A stretch of DNA of 64,000 nucleotides from an uncultured delta proteobacterium. GTDB lineage: Bacteria > Desulfobacterota > Binatia > Binatales > Binataceae. The translations under genes were made by a program, and so were the position numbers. A model generated the notes under the pieces. That model had not been told where the DNA came from. It was given only the letters and a program-made list of their open reading frames with translations, and made no database searches. Below, in pieces: positions 39,289-48,795 of the stretch (position 1 is its first letter; the number at the start of each line of letters is the position of its first letter). The stretch is from positions 192,001 through 256,000 of the forward strand of contig CAVQEQ010000003.1 of the NCBI GenBank assembly GCA_963711565.1, read 5' to 3'.

Positions 39289-39817
39289 GGTGAGACTTAA
39301 GCGGCGTCTTTTGATGCGAGTGCTCGACGGACGATTCGGCGCGCAGTCGGCTCGCCAGTCCGAGCGCGATTCTCCGCCACAGCCGCGGGAACCGGTCGGC
39401 GAGCGCCGAGAAGTCAGACTCCGCAATTCGCGCGACGATCGAATCGCATGTCGCGATGACCGACGCCGATCGAGGCATTCCCGGATCGACGACGGCCATT
39501 TCTCCGACATGCTCGCCGGCTTTCTTGCGGGCCACGACGCGCCCGTCGATCGCAACCGAAACCGCGCCCTCGAGAATCAGGAAGAGGTCACTGTCCGACG
39601 CGCCCTGCTGAATCAGGTTCGCGCCTGCGGAAATATCCTCCAGCTTCAGGTGTTGGGCGACGACCACGGCCAAGTCCTGATCGCGGACCAGTGGCTGCGC
39701 CGTCAATGCGTCAATCAGACGGCGTCGACCGTCAGAGCCCAAGAATCGCTTCAGCAAGGGCTTTTCGGTGGTCTCAGGTTTTGTCAAATCCCGAGAATCC
39801 TTCGTTTGAACTAACAT
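39275..39817 (-). CDS. Stand-alone cyclic-nucleotide-binding domain resembling the PycTIR N-terminal sensor
   Basis: RFLGSDGRRRLIDAL, GEHVGEMA, RSASV, WRRIALGLASRL; no TIR domain follows. Confidence 0.8.
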   Translation of the reverse strand: MLVQTKDSRDLTKPETTEKPLLKRFLGSDGRRRLIDALTAQPLVRDQDLAVVVAQHLKLEDISAGANLIQQGASDSDLFLILEGAVSVAIDGRVVARKKAGEHVGEMAVVDPGMPRSASVIATCDSIVARIAESDFSALADRFPRLWRRIALGLASRLRAESSVEHSHQKTPLKSHLIDS

Positions 39818-40129
39818 AAGCGTCTAAATCTTCTTTGAGCAATTTAAAATTGCTCGCTATTCCTCGTACGTCTTCATATCTAAAAATGAGCGCATTTACC
39901 ATGCCATGCAAGGCGACGAAAATCGGCCGATCGAGGCGAGGAGATTCTTGAGCAAATTAAAGGAAAAGATGCTTGAGCCGAGTTCCAACGTCTCAGGCCC
40001 TCTTTTCAAATTGAAATGAAACAATGCGGCGATTTGAAGGGTTAAGGCCGCGCGCGCCGAAGAAGTGCTTCATCCGCATGTGAGCTATAGGCGGCACGCT
40101 TGATGCTGATTTGGCCAGCATGGCCAGCG

Positions 40130-40605
40130 TCATTCCATTTCGGCGTTCGCATGACGAGCCCATGGCTCCGCCGAGCATCAGGTCAATCGCGAGTGTACCT
40201 GAACTACCGAAGACCGCCGTTGTCGCTTGCCTGAATACCGACAGCTCGAGCAATAGCGAACTGCTGCGCAAGGCTCGGCGCGCGGCGCAAGAGAGTGATG
40301 GCGAATTCTACGCTGTCCTGGTCGATTCGCCGCACACCCGATTTGGAAGGGTTCAGGCCGGCACGCTGCTCGACAACGTCATCCTCGCCAGCTACTTCGG
40401 CGCAAAAATCGTCCGGCTCAAATCGTCCGACGTGGTAGGCGAACTAATCCAGTTCGGGCGCCAATCTCGAGTCGGCCGGATCTTCATTACGCGAAGTCAG
40501 CCGCGTCCATTCCCGCGAGCATTCGGGCGCCGTATCTATTCCGAGCTGCTGAGCCGCAGCGAAGGTTTCCGCATCGACGTGATCGGGTTCGAGCGCGCGA
40601 ACTAA
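40130..40605 (+). CDS. KdpD-like universal stress (USP) domain protein
   Basis: ELLRKARRAA, NVILASYFGAKIV, DVVGELIQFGR, IDVI. Confidence 0.6.
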
Positions 40606-40714
40606 TCCGCTAGCGACTGAAATTCAGACACTCAGCCCCGAATTAAAATAGTGCCTTCGGCTTGTTTCGCTCTTATTTCAGTACGGCAGCGGAATCGAAA
40701 TCGCCGCCAGTTCC

Positions 40715-43649
40715 CTACTGGGCGGCAGTGCCGGGATTCTCATTCAGTTCATCGAGCAAGGCCTTGGCCTCTTTGAGTGCGAGCGTATCGAAGCCCTCAA
40801 TGAACCAGCCATAGGTCTCGCCGAGCAGCGCGCGAGCCTCCGCGCGGCGCCCCTGCCCTTTGAGCCATCGCGCAAAAGGAGTCGCCGCCTGGAGCTCGAA
40901 GTACCTGGCGTTCTGATCGCGCGCACATTGGAGCGCTTCGCGGTATGCCGCGGCAATCGCCGAAGCGTCGGCGTTGCTCTGAGCGAGCAGTTCCGCCCGC
41001 TGCCGAAGGGCCGGCGATCTGACTACGGCGTGCTCTTCCGAATCGACGAGAACCTCGGCGACGAGAGCGAGACCGTGGTCAGTCTGCTGCCGGCTGGCGA
41101 AGTATTCCGCCTCATCCAGCTTGGCCCATCGCATATGCGAGAGCAGGCCGCTTTCCTTGTGGAGCGGAACCGCCCGGCGCGAGCAGTCCACCCCTTTCCT
41201 GCCAGCGGCCTTGAAGCATGAGCGCGCGCCCCATGTTCTGGTCGGCCATACATTGAAATACCGGTTGCCGAGCGGCCACACGCCCTAAAGCCTGGGCATG
41301 CTCCAAAGCCCGGTCTGCGTCGCGGAGAAAGCCGCTGACCATGCCACCCCACATATGCGCAACGCCCAGCCAGAACGGATGATCGCGACGCTGCGCGCGG
41401 CGCAGGCCGGCTTGCAACAACTGACGTGCCCGATCGGGAAAGCCGAGCAGCAGAGACGGTATTGCCGCAAGCGCGAGCGCGTCGATCCCCATCGCTCCCA
41501 GTTCGGTCCGATTGTCTTCGTGGTAGAAACTGTCAGCCAGTTCGAGGTGATCGCGCGCCTCGGTAAATTGGGCACACGCCATGAGAGTGGCCGCAAGACG
41601 CGCATGCGCCCCGCAGAGCGCCGCGCGATCCCTGCTATGCTCGGCCGCCAGCAATGCCAGCGTTCCCAGATCAAGTGCCAATTTGAACTGCCCGTTCCCG
41701 TCGGCGACCGACTTTTGGCCCATCAGCACCCGCAAGAGCTGATCGGTCTCGCCAAGCTTTCTCGCCAATTCTTCCGCACGCGCAAAGGCCCGACCCGTCT
41801 CCTGATGCGACCAGCTACGTGAGCCGCGCAGCACCGTCCCAAGCGCCATCTGGACTTCGATCTCTTGGTGATCGCGTGCCGCACTTTCCGGCAACTCCGT
41901 CAGGAGTTCGATGGTACGGCGGTAATGATTCTCCGCCTCCGCGGTGGCGCCGCGTCTGACCGCCCGCCTTCCGGCTTGCCGCAGGTATTTGATCGCCTTC
42001 ATCCTGTCGTTGGCGCGACTGTAGTGATGCGCAAGCTCGGTGGCGACTTCATCCGCACGTTCGCCGTAGCCGGTCTCTTCGCGCGCCGCAATCAGCCGAT
42101 GAAGGTCCATCCGATCTGCGGGCGAGAGCAAGTCGTAAATGATCTCCTGATAGAGCGCGTGATGAAACCGAAAGCCGGCTGCCACGGTGCCATCCGGCCA
42201 TTCGACGGGGCCGTTTGCGGTGACGAATTGCTTCTGTCGCGACAGCCGCGTGAAGCACGCCTCGACTTCCCTCTGCGGGCGTTCGAGCGCCGCCGCGACT
42301 GAAGCGGCCGAGAACTCTGCGCCGACGATGCTGGCGCCCTCGAGTACCGCCTGTTCCTCCGCTTGCAGTTGGTGCAGATTGCGCTCGATCATCTCGCGGA
42401 TGCTGCGCGGTGCATCGAGACCAAACGAGCGCAGCGCCTCAACCGCCGCGCCGGCGTCGCCGGAGCTCGGCGACAATCCCGCTTCGACCAGGTAATCGAC
42501 CACACTGACCATGAACAGCGGATTACCGTCGGTGCGTGCGTGGATAGCAGGTGCGAGGCTGTCGAATTTCACTGGACTATCGGCCGCAAAGCGGCGCGCG
42601 AGGTAGCTCGTAACGTCCTTTTCGTTCAGCAGCTTGAGCGACAACTCTTCGTAGTAGCGATGGAGACCGAGCTCGTGACTCATCGTGCGGAGCGGATGCT
42701 CGTAGGCAAGCGCCTCGACCGGCCGGTTGCTCCCAACAATCAGCAACCGCGCCGGCTCGGTCCGCCGCGCAACCGCGGAGATTAGCTCGAGCGTCGAGAA
42801 ATCGCTCCAGTGTAAATCTTCAAGCACCAGAACCAACGGCACGTCCGCTGCCAGCGCTTCCAGCGCCTCCGTCATCTCGCGCAGCATTAGATTCCGTGTC
42901 ACATCCTCATTCTGCGCCTGCATCCGCGCGCGCTCTTCAGGCGTCTGCAAAGCCGGCATCTGTGACAACCATGTGGGAGCGAAGCGGTTCAGAAGTTCAA
43001 TCACGCGACTGTTGCCGGGCTCCTGACCCAGGCGACTCAGCGCCTCCAGCACCGGCATGTACGGCTCGCCCGATCCGTACTGCTCGACGCACTGGCCGCG
43101 AGAGACGCGCACCGCGCCCCGTTGCGCAAGCGAATCGAGGAAGGACTGAACGAACGTGGTCTTGCCGATGCCGGCTTCGCCGACAACGAAGACTACGCGG
43201 CGATGACCCTGCAGGACATGCGAATACCAATCCTGCAGTTGCTCCATCTCCTGCTCGCGCCCGACCACCATCGGCGCAGGACCGTTCGATGCCGGCGGCG
43301 GCCGTTCAGGATCCAACTCCTGCGTAGCCGCGATCTTCACGTCCGCGATGATACGGTAGCAGCGGCGATGCACGGTCTCGATGAAGCGTGGTGTCTTGGC
43401 CTCGTCACCCAGCGCCTTGCGCAGTTCGGCAACGCAGGTCGCCGGCATCGAGTCGCTGACTATAACCTCCGCCCATACAGCATCGAGCAGCGCCGCCTTG
43501 GTCACCAGCTCACCGGGATGATCGACCAGATAGCGAAGCACATCGAAGGTCTTGCGCCTCAGCCTGATCTCCTTATCGCCCCGCCAAAACTGAGCGTTAA
43601 CAGGATCGAGGCGAAACGGGGGGAAAACGTGAATGGGTCCGTTGGCCAT
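40715..43649 (-). pseudogene. Winged-helix/AAA ATPase/TPR (STAND-like) regulator, split by a +1 frameshift near 41196
   Basis: Trans_reg_C domain (IETVHRR), GEAGIGKT, LEDLHW, C-terminal WFIEGFDT in a second frame. Confidence 0.8.
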
Positions 43650-43794
43650 GAGCGCTTATTCAAAGGGTCGAAATGCGAAAATCACAACAATTGAGTCCAA
43701 ACTGCATCAAAGTTGCATCCGACTCACAAGACTTCAATCCGCGCCAGGTTTACCTTGCGCTTGCAGAGGCGCGAGACGATCAAAGAGGACGACA

Positions 43795-45906
43795 ATGATG
43801 AATAGTAGAAGGCTTTTGTTACGGTTCCTTTCTCATGGAGCGGCTCTTGTCGGGGCTTTGTTTCTGACACTGGCGACGGCGGGCGTGGCCAGTGCTGGAC
43901 CGACACACATAGGATCGGTTCAGGGCCTTGTCGAGAGCGACGGCGTCGGATTGAGGAACTATCAAGTCTCGCTGTACGCCTCTCTGCCGAACGGCGGGGG
44001 CTGGCAGTCTCTCGCTCACACCACAACCGACGCGACGGGTCATTTCACGATGACCTATTCGGTTCCGCAGACGCAGAGCGGGCAACCGCAACCGCCGCTG
44101 TTTGTTGAAGCAGTGTCCGGCCCCGTTATGCTCGCAAGTGCGATCGGCAACGTGGGCAACGTTCCTCAGAATGTGGTTATCAACGAACTCACTACCGTCG
44201 CGACCGGCAACGCTTTCGCGCAATTCATCGGCAACGGTGGCATCCAGGGTAACCCCTACGGCATAAGCAACGCAGTGCAGATGGCGGCCAATCTCGCCGA
44301 TCCACAAAGCGGCGATGCCGGCGTCGTACTGGCCTCATTGCCGAATGCGACGGAGACGTTGACCCTGGCGACTTTTAATTCGCTGACCAACGCCGTGGCA
44401 AGCTGTGTAGCAGTCGCCAATAACTGCGCGAAGCTGTTTGCGGCGGCCACACCGCCGGGCGGTCCAACTCCGGCCAACGTGCTCCAGGCGGTGGCGAACG
44501 TCGTGAAAAATCCATCCTACCTCAAGCCGAATGGCACGCCTGCGCCGGACGATCCGCTCTTCGACCTGTCGGAGCAAAGGAAAATATACAGTCCCTATCT
44601 GGCCCAACGCCCGACGAACTGGCTGCTGTTTCTCAAGATTACGGGAGGTTTCTACAGCGACCAGGACCAAGACAATCTTTTGAACGGTCCAGCCAATTTC
44701 GCTATCGACAAGCAGGGCTCCGTCTGGGTAGCCAACAACTACATTCCCGAGCCGCCGAGCGAGACCGCCTGCGCCGGCAACCAGATGAACAGGTTTACTC
44801 CCTGGGGCGCGGTTTATCCCGGTTCGCCGTATTTTCGCGGCGGCGTGGACCGCGCCGGATACGGCATCACGTTTGATCCGAGCAACAATCTCTGGCAGGC
44901 GAATTTCGGCTTCCAGGATCCGCCTTGCGCCTCGACTCCAGAGGCGGCGACGAACGACAGCGTTTCGCTCTTCAAAGACGACGGTACCGCGCTGTCCCCT
45001 TCCACTGGAATCACCGCAGGCGACATTTCGTGGCCACAGGGAGTTGTGTCGGATCACCACGGCAACATCTTTGTCGCCAATTGCGGCAACGATTCGGTCA
45101 CAGAAATACCGGGAGGACATACCGATCTGGCGTTCAACATCAAACTGAAAGACGCGAGCCAAACTCCAGGCGAACCGCAAGTGAAGCCGTTCGGCATCGC
45201 GCTCGATCTCAGCGGCAACGCATGGATCACCGACAACTACAACAATACAGTTTCGATCGTCTCTCCATCAGGCCATCTGATCGATACTCTACCGGGCACC
45301 TACAATGGCAAGTCGGTGCTGACTCATCCGGTAGGCAACGCCGCCGACAGCAAGGGGAACGTATGGGTTGCCAACTCGGACTGGCTCGATGTGCCCTGTC
45401 CGAACGCAACTGCTGGTGCGGGAGTTAATCCGTCGATCACCTTGTATCCGACGAATACTCGCGCGCCATACAAGGGCTCGCCTTTCACCGGCGGTGGTCT
45501 TACCATTCCGTGGGGAATCGCCGTCGATGGGAGCGACACCGTTTGGGTCTTTAACTTTGGATCCGTACCGGTGAATCCGATGGCCTGCGCTCAAACCGGT
45601 ACCAACCAATTCGCCTGTGCCCCGACCGGCATAAGCCGCTTTTGCGGCACCAACACCAATTCCTGTCCGGCGGGGCTGCAATATGTCGGAGCCCCGCTAT
45701 CGCCCAAGGGCACCGGCTATCAGAGCAACGCACTGATGCGAATCACGGGAGGCCAAATCGATCAGTCGGGGAATATTTGGATCACGGGTAACTGGAAGAT
45801 CAATGCGACGCCGAACATGAATCCCGGCGGAAACTCAATTGCAATCGCAATCGGAGCCGCGGCACCAGTACAGACGCCGCTGATCGGTCCGCCCGTCCCG
45901 TTTTAA
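43795..45906 (+). CDS. Secreted NHL-repeat beta-propeller protein
   Basis: Signal peptide; repeated P-x-G-I-A-x-D-x-x-G-N-V-W units. Confidence 0.8.
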   Translation: MMNSRRLLLRFLSHGAALVGALFLTLATAGVASAGPTHIGSVQGLVESDGVGLRNYQVSLYASLPNGGGWQSLAHTTTDATGHFTMTYSVPQTQSGQPQPPLFVEAVSGPVMLASAIGNVGNVPQNVVINELTTVATGNAFAQFIGNGGIQGNPYGISNAVQMAANLADPQSGDAGVVLASLPNATETLTLATFNSLTNAVASCVAVANNCAKLFAAATPPGGPTPANVLQAVANVVKNPSYLKPNGTPAPDDPLFDLSEQRKIYSPYLAQRPTNWLLFLKITGGFYSDQDQDNLLNGPANFAIDKQGSVWVANNYIPEPPSETACAGNQMNRFTPWGAVYPGSPYFRGGVDRAGYGITFDPSNNLWQANFGFQDPPCASTPEAATNDSVSLFKDDGTALSPSTGITAGDISWPQGVVSDHHGNIFVANCGNDSVTEIPGGHTDLAFNIKLKDASQTPGEPQVKPFGIALDLSGNAWITDNYNNTVSIVSPSGHLIDTLPGTYNGKSVLTHPVGNAADSKGNVWVANSDWLDVPCPNATAGAGVNPSITLYPTNTRAPYKGSPFTGGGLTIPWGIAVDGSDTVWVFNFGSVPVNPMACAQTGTNQFACAPTGISRFCGTNTNSCPAGLQYVGAPLSPKGTGYQSNALMRITGGQIDQSGNIWITGNWKINATPNMNPGGNSIAIAIGAAAPVQTPLIGPPVPF

Positions 45907-45959
45907 CAAGCGCCCGGCCTTGTCGTCCCGGTTGGGATTTGTCCGATGCGCCAGGCAAG

Positions 45960-45995
45960 GAGTGGAGGGCGCGCCGAGCGGCGCGCCCTCCACTC
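45960..45995. terminator. Strong hairpin downstream of the NHL gene
   Basis: 17-bp perfect IR GAGTGGAGGGCGCGCCG-AG-CGGCGCGCCCTCCACTC; no U-tract. Confidence 0.5.
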
Positions 45996-46175
45996 GCAAG
46001 AAGGTTTCGACAACGCGACGAGCATCTTCGTCGCGCTTGCAGCACATAGGGCTGTGCCCGACACCAGCAGGTCACGCAGTCAGGCGCGGCAACTCCCGTA
46101 GGTCCTGCACGATGTCTTTCGAATATCCATGTGCCGCTGGAGAACCACTTCATCGTCGTCACGCGAACTGCTGAC

Positions 46176-46236
46176 TGCCGGGGGCGGGGGTCGAACCCGC
46201 ACGGAGGTTACCCTCCAGAGGATTTTAAGTCCCCTG
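46176..46236 (-). tRNA. 3' half of tRNA-Leu(TAA), a fragment interpreted as the att site of an integrated element
   Basis: CAGGGGA-CTTAAAA-TCCTC, long variable arm, GCGGG-TTCGACC-CCCGC-CCCCGGCA; D-arm and 5' acceptor strand absent. Confidence 0.85.
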
Positions 46237-46282
46237 AATATAGTCCTAACTATGCGAAATTATTGGGTTTCTTTCATCACTC

Positions 46283-46310
46283 ATGTGTAAATGTGTAACT
46301 TTATGTGTAA
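46283..46310. repeat. Three ATGTGTAA direct repeats (probable tyrosine-integrase arm-type sites)
   Basis: Copies at 46283, 46291 and 46303, about 50 bp inside the att core. Confidence 0.65.
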
Positions 46311-46453
46311 GTTTTGAAGTAAATCCGACTGGTCTTGAAGGCCTGTCAGGCCGGTTTGCAGGCTCCAGGGCGAGCGATGGGCATCGATGTCAGAGGTCCT
46401 TCGGTTCGGGCCGCAGGCGGTCGCTTTGACGTACATAATTTTTCCTCATCATT

Positions 46454-46666
46454 CTACTCATGCTTCGGACACCGGGAAATCAGCTTGCGAGTTTTTGCGC
46501 ACACCGGGCACGGTGACGGCTTAAGTTTCAGCAAATCGCGCAAGGGCTGCAAGACTTCGGTTTCAAACTCGCGGCTTGCCGGCGTCATGCTGTCGAGCGC
46601 CTCGATGACGCCAATCGCTTCCTTCAATCCTGTCCTCAACGCTCCGACGTATTGGGTTGCGTTCAC
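46454..46666 (-). CDS. Small protein with a C-terminal CPxC...CxxH zinc-finger-like motif
   Basis: GTG start with AGGAGG RBS, directly downstream of ssb. Confidence 0.6.
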   Translation of the reverse strand: MNATQYVGALRTGLKEAIGVIEALDSMTPASREFETEVLQPLRDLLKLKPSPCPVCAKTRKLISRCPKHE

Positions 46667-46734
46667 GGGATTCCTCCTGTGTGTTGAGATTGATTGAGGG
46701 AGAGCCGCTTGCGCGGCCCTCCCGGCAGCATTTC

Positions 46735-47106
46735 CTAGAATGGAGCGTTTGCAGCCGGCTGGGCCGCCGCATCGCCGCGCCGTCCCAAGAACCGGATTTG
46801 CCGCGCGACGATTTCCGTGCGGTAACGCTTGCCGCTGCCGTCCTTCGCCTCGTACTCGCGGGTCGTCAGCCGTCCTTCGACGTAGACCTGGCGCCCCTTG
46901 CTGAGATACTCCGCGCATGTTTCGGCCAGCTTCCCGAAGGCCACGATGCGGTGCCATTCAGTCCGTCGCTGCTTCCCGCCATTGCGGTCGGTAAACCGCT
47001 CGGTCGTCGCCAGCGAAAGATTCGCCACGCTCTGACCCGACGGAAGAGTCCGCGCCTCGGGAGTCGCACCCAGATTGCCGATCACCGTTACACTGTTTAC
47101 TGCCAT
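46735..47106 (-). CDS. ssb: Single-stranded DNA-binding protein (mobile-element type)
   Basis: VNSVTVIGNLG, TEWHRIVAFGKLAE, KGRQVYVEGRL, C-terminal APF. Confidence 0.92.
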   Translation of the reverse strand: MAVNSVTVIGNLGATPEARTLPSGQSVANLSLATTERFTDRNGGKQRRTEWHRIVAFGKLAETCAEYLSKGRQVYVEGRLTTREYEAKDGSGKRYRTEIVARQIRFLGRRGDAAAQPAANAPF

Positions 47107-47188
47107 TTTCCTTCCTCCTGCGCCCGCTTCCCGTCTTCGGGCAGGGCGTTTGTTCCGTTTGCTTTGTGTCCCAAATGAAAAGAGGGAA

Positions 47189-47234
47189 TTTTTTTTCCGG
47201 CCTCTCAAAAAAGAGTGGAGGCCGGAGAAAAAAA
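47189..47234. promoter_or_regulatory. Long hairpin upstream of ssb (ssi/Frpo-like candidate)
   Basis: TTTTTTTTCCGGCCTC ... GAGGCCGGAGAAAAAA. Confidence 0.5.
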
Positions 47235-47324
47235 TAAGTCGGGGTGGAGCGGCGGTTGGGCGGTTACAATTTTGGATCGCGAAGACGCGGCGTCCTGCGG
47301 ACGCAGGACAGGACTGTTTTACCT

Positions 47325-47454
47325 TCTTTAATGCGGTTCGCGTCAAGGATTTTTTTACGTTTTGATTTTGCCCTGGCCAAGGACGCGCGACGCGGCAAGC
47401 CACCTCTTTAAATGCGGTTCGCGTCAAGGATTTTTTACGTTTTCATTTTGCCCT
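47325..47454. repeat. Duplicated IS right end (about 50 bp x2) separated by a copy of the 32-bp left target flank
   Basis: 47325-47374 matches 47405-47454; 47373-47404 matches 48908-48939 with 1 mismatch. Confidence 0.85.
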
Positions 47455-47499
47455 CTCCGTTAAAGCGATCGATGATGTCATCCCCATGCGAGCCTCGGC

Positions 47500-47720
47500 A
47501 GGTATCACGCTTCTTTCCGGGATCGGCGCCAGCATGAGCTTGCGTGAGGCGCGCCGTCCCAAATGACTGTCCATTCGAAGAGTGAAGCGGAACCATCTGG
47601 CCATCGTGGTCGCTCGGTCCTGAATTTCGACCGCCTCCACTAGGTAAAAGCCGTTCTCGCTCCAGTCTCTTCCCGTCCTGCCGGACGGCTCTTCGCCGAT
47701 AGTGGCGGCGGAGAAGCTAG
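47500..47720 (-). ncRNA. Bridge/seekRNA of the IS1111-type element
   Basis: Internal loop displaying TTTTACCT and TGGCCAGA, which match the two halves of the target; second loop displaying ACAGTCAT and AAAGA, which match the donor junction. Ends approximate. Confidence 0.8.
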
Positions 47721-47748
47721 ATAAATCGTTTACTCCTTAAGTGATGGG

Positions 47749-48795
47749 CTAAGCTGCGGCCGCCAGCGCGTCAACGCCAGGCTGATTGAACCGGAACTCG
47801 GTTCCATCGCGCCACATCGCGTGCAGGATTACCGCGAGTCTGCGCGCTACCGCCACGCAGGCTTTTTTCTTCGAGCTGCGTTTAGCAAGGCGCAGGCCCC
47901 AAGCCTTCAGTGCACTCGGCTTGCCACGGGTGAGAAGCACAGTGGCGGCTTCAAAGAGATGCGATCGCAAGAACGCGTCGCCGCACTTGGTGATATGGCC
48001 GTCATAATCCACTTCCCCGGATGCATACTTCCTGGGTGTCAATCCGACCGCTGCGCCCACCGCCTTTGAACGCGCAAACCTTTGCGGCCGATCGATGGAT
48101 GTTTTGTACAAAAGGGCGGTCAAGGGTCCGATCCCTGGAGCCGTCATGAACCGACGGCATACTTCATCATCCCTGACGTGATCCAGAATCATCTTCTCCA
48201 GTTTCATCATCTGGACGATAAGCTCGCGCCGCACGGCCAGCATCGGAAAGATGTAAGCCTGGAGTTCCTGGTCGTCTCCAATCAGCTCGCGGATGCGCGG
48301 TTCATAAGAGCGAATCGTAACCTTGCCGGTCTTCATGCCGAACACTTTGAGCGTTCCCCGGATTTGACTGTCAATGTCGAGCCGCTTGTCCAGAAGGCAG
48401 CGGCGATTGTTGAGCAGAACGCGGAGCTTCTGACTGACGTGGCTTTTCAGGTGGACTTCTCGATACCAGCCAGTGCGCATGATGTGCGCAATGCCTCGGG
48501 CATCGTTGCGGTCAGTCTTGACTTGCTGTGCTTTAAGCGCCGCTTTCGCGTGCCGGGTTTCTATGCAGATGGCCGGATAGTTCAAGGACAAAAGCTCATG
48601 GCACAGCCAGGGCGTAAGACCGCCAGCTTCCAGGCCAACTCTCTCCATGGCGAGTCCGAGCTTGCCGAGCCACTCGTGGATGGCGGCAGGCTCCGTAGGC
48701 ACCTCGCCTTCGCGCACGATGTCGCCGTCCTGGTTCACGACGCACAACGCCGTGCTGTTCAATGACACGTCCAGACCGCAGAAATATTTCTTCAT
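47749..48795 (-). CDS. IS110-family DEDD recombinase/transposase
   Basis: GLDVS, GLEAG, KTDRND, PGIGP, ASGE (catalytic Ser), VAVARRL. Confidence 0.95.
   Translation of the reverse strand: MKKYFCGLDVSLNSTALCVVNQDGDIVREGEVPTEPAAIHEWLGKLGLAMERVGLEAGGLTPWLCHELLSLNYPAICIETRHAKAALKAQQVKTDRNDARGIAHIMRTGWYREVHLKSHVSQKLRVLLNNRRCLLDKRLDIDSQIRGTLKVFGMKTGKVTIRSYEPRIRELIGDDQELQAYIFPMLAVRRELIVQMMKLEKMILDHVRDDEVCRRFMTAPGIGPLTALLYKTSIDRPQRFARSKAVGAAVGLTPRKYASGEVDYDGHITKCGDAFLRSHLFEAATVLLTRGKPSALKAWGLRLAKRSSKKKACVAVARRLAVILHAMWRDGTEFRFNQPGVDALAAAA

Noticed and set aside
46176-46262. Complete functional tRNA-Leu gene
   Set aside because: The sequence 5' of the anticodon stem has no D-arm or acceptor 5' strand, so only the 3' half is present.
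47325-47346. Canonical strong circle-junction promoter of the IS
   Set aside because: A TTGACG -35 box is present, but the -10 formed on circularisation (TAACTG) is non-canonical, so it is not claimed as a feature.
47325-47454. Mini CRISPR array (repeat-32 bp spacer-repeat)
   Set aside because: The repeats are the IS right end, the 'spacer' is the IS target flank, and there are no cas genes in the window.
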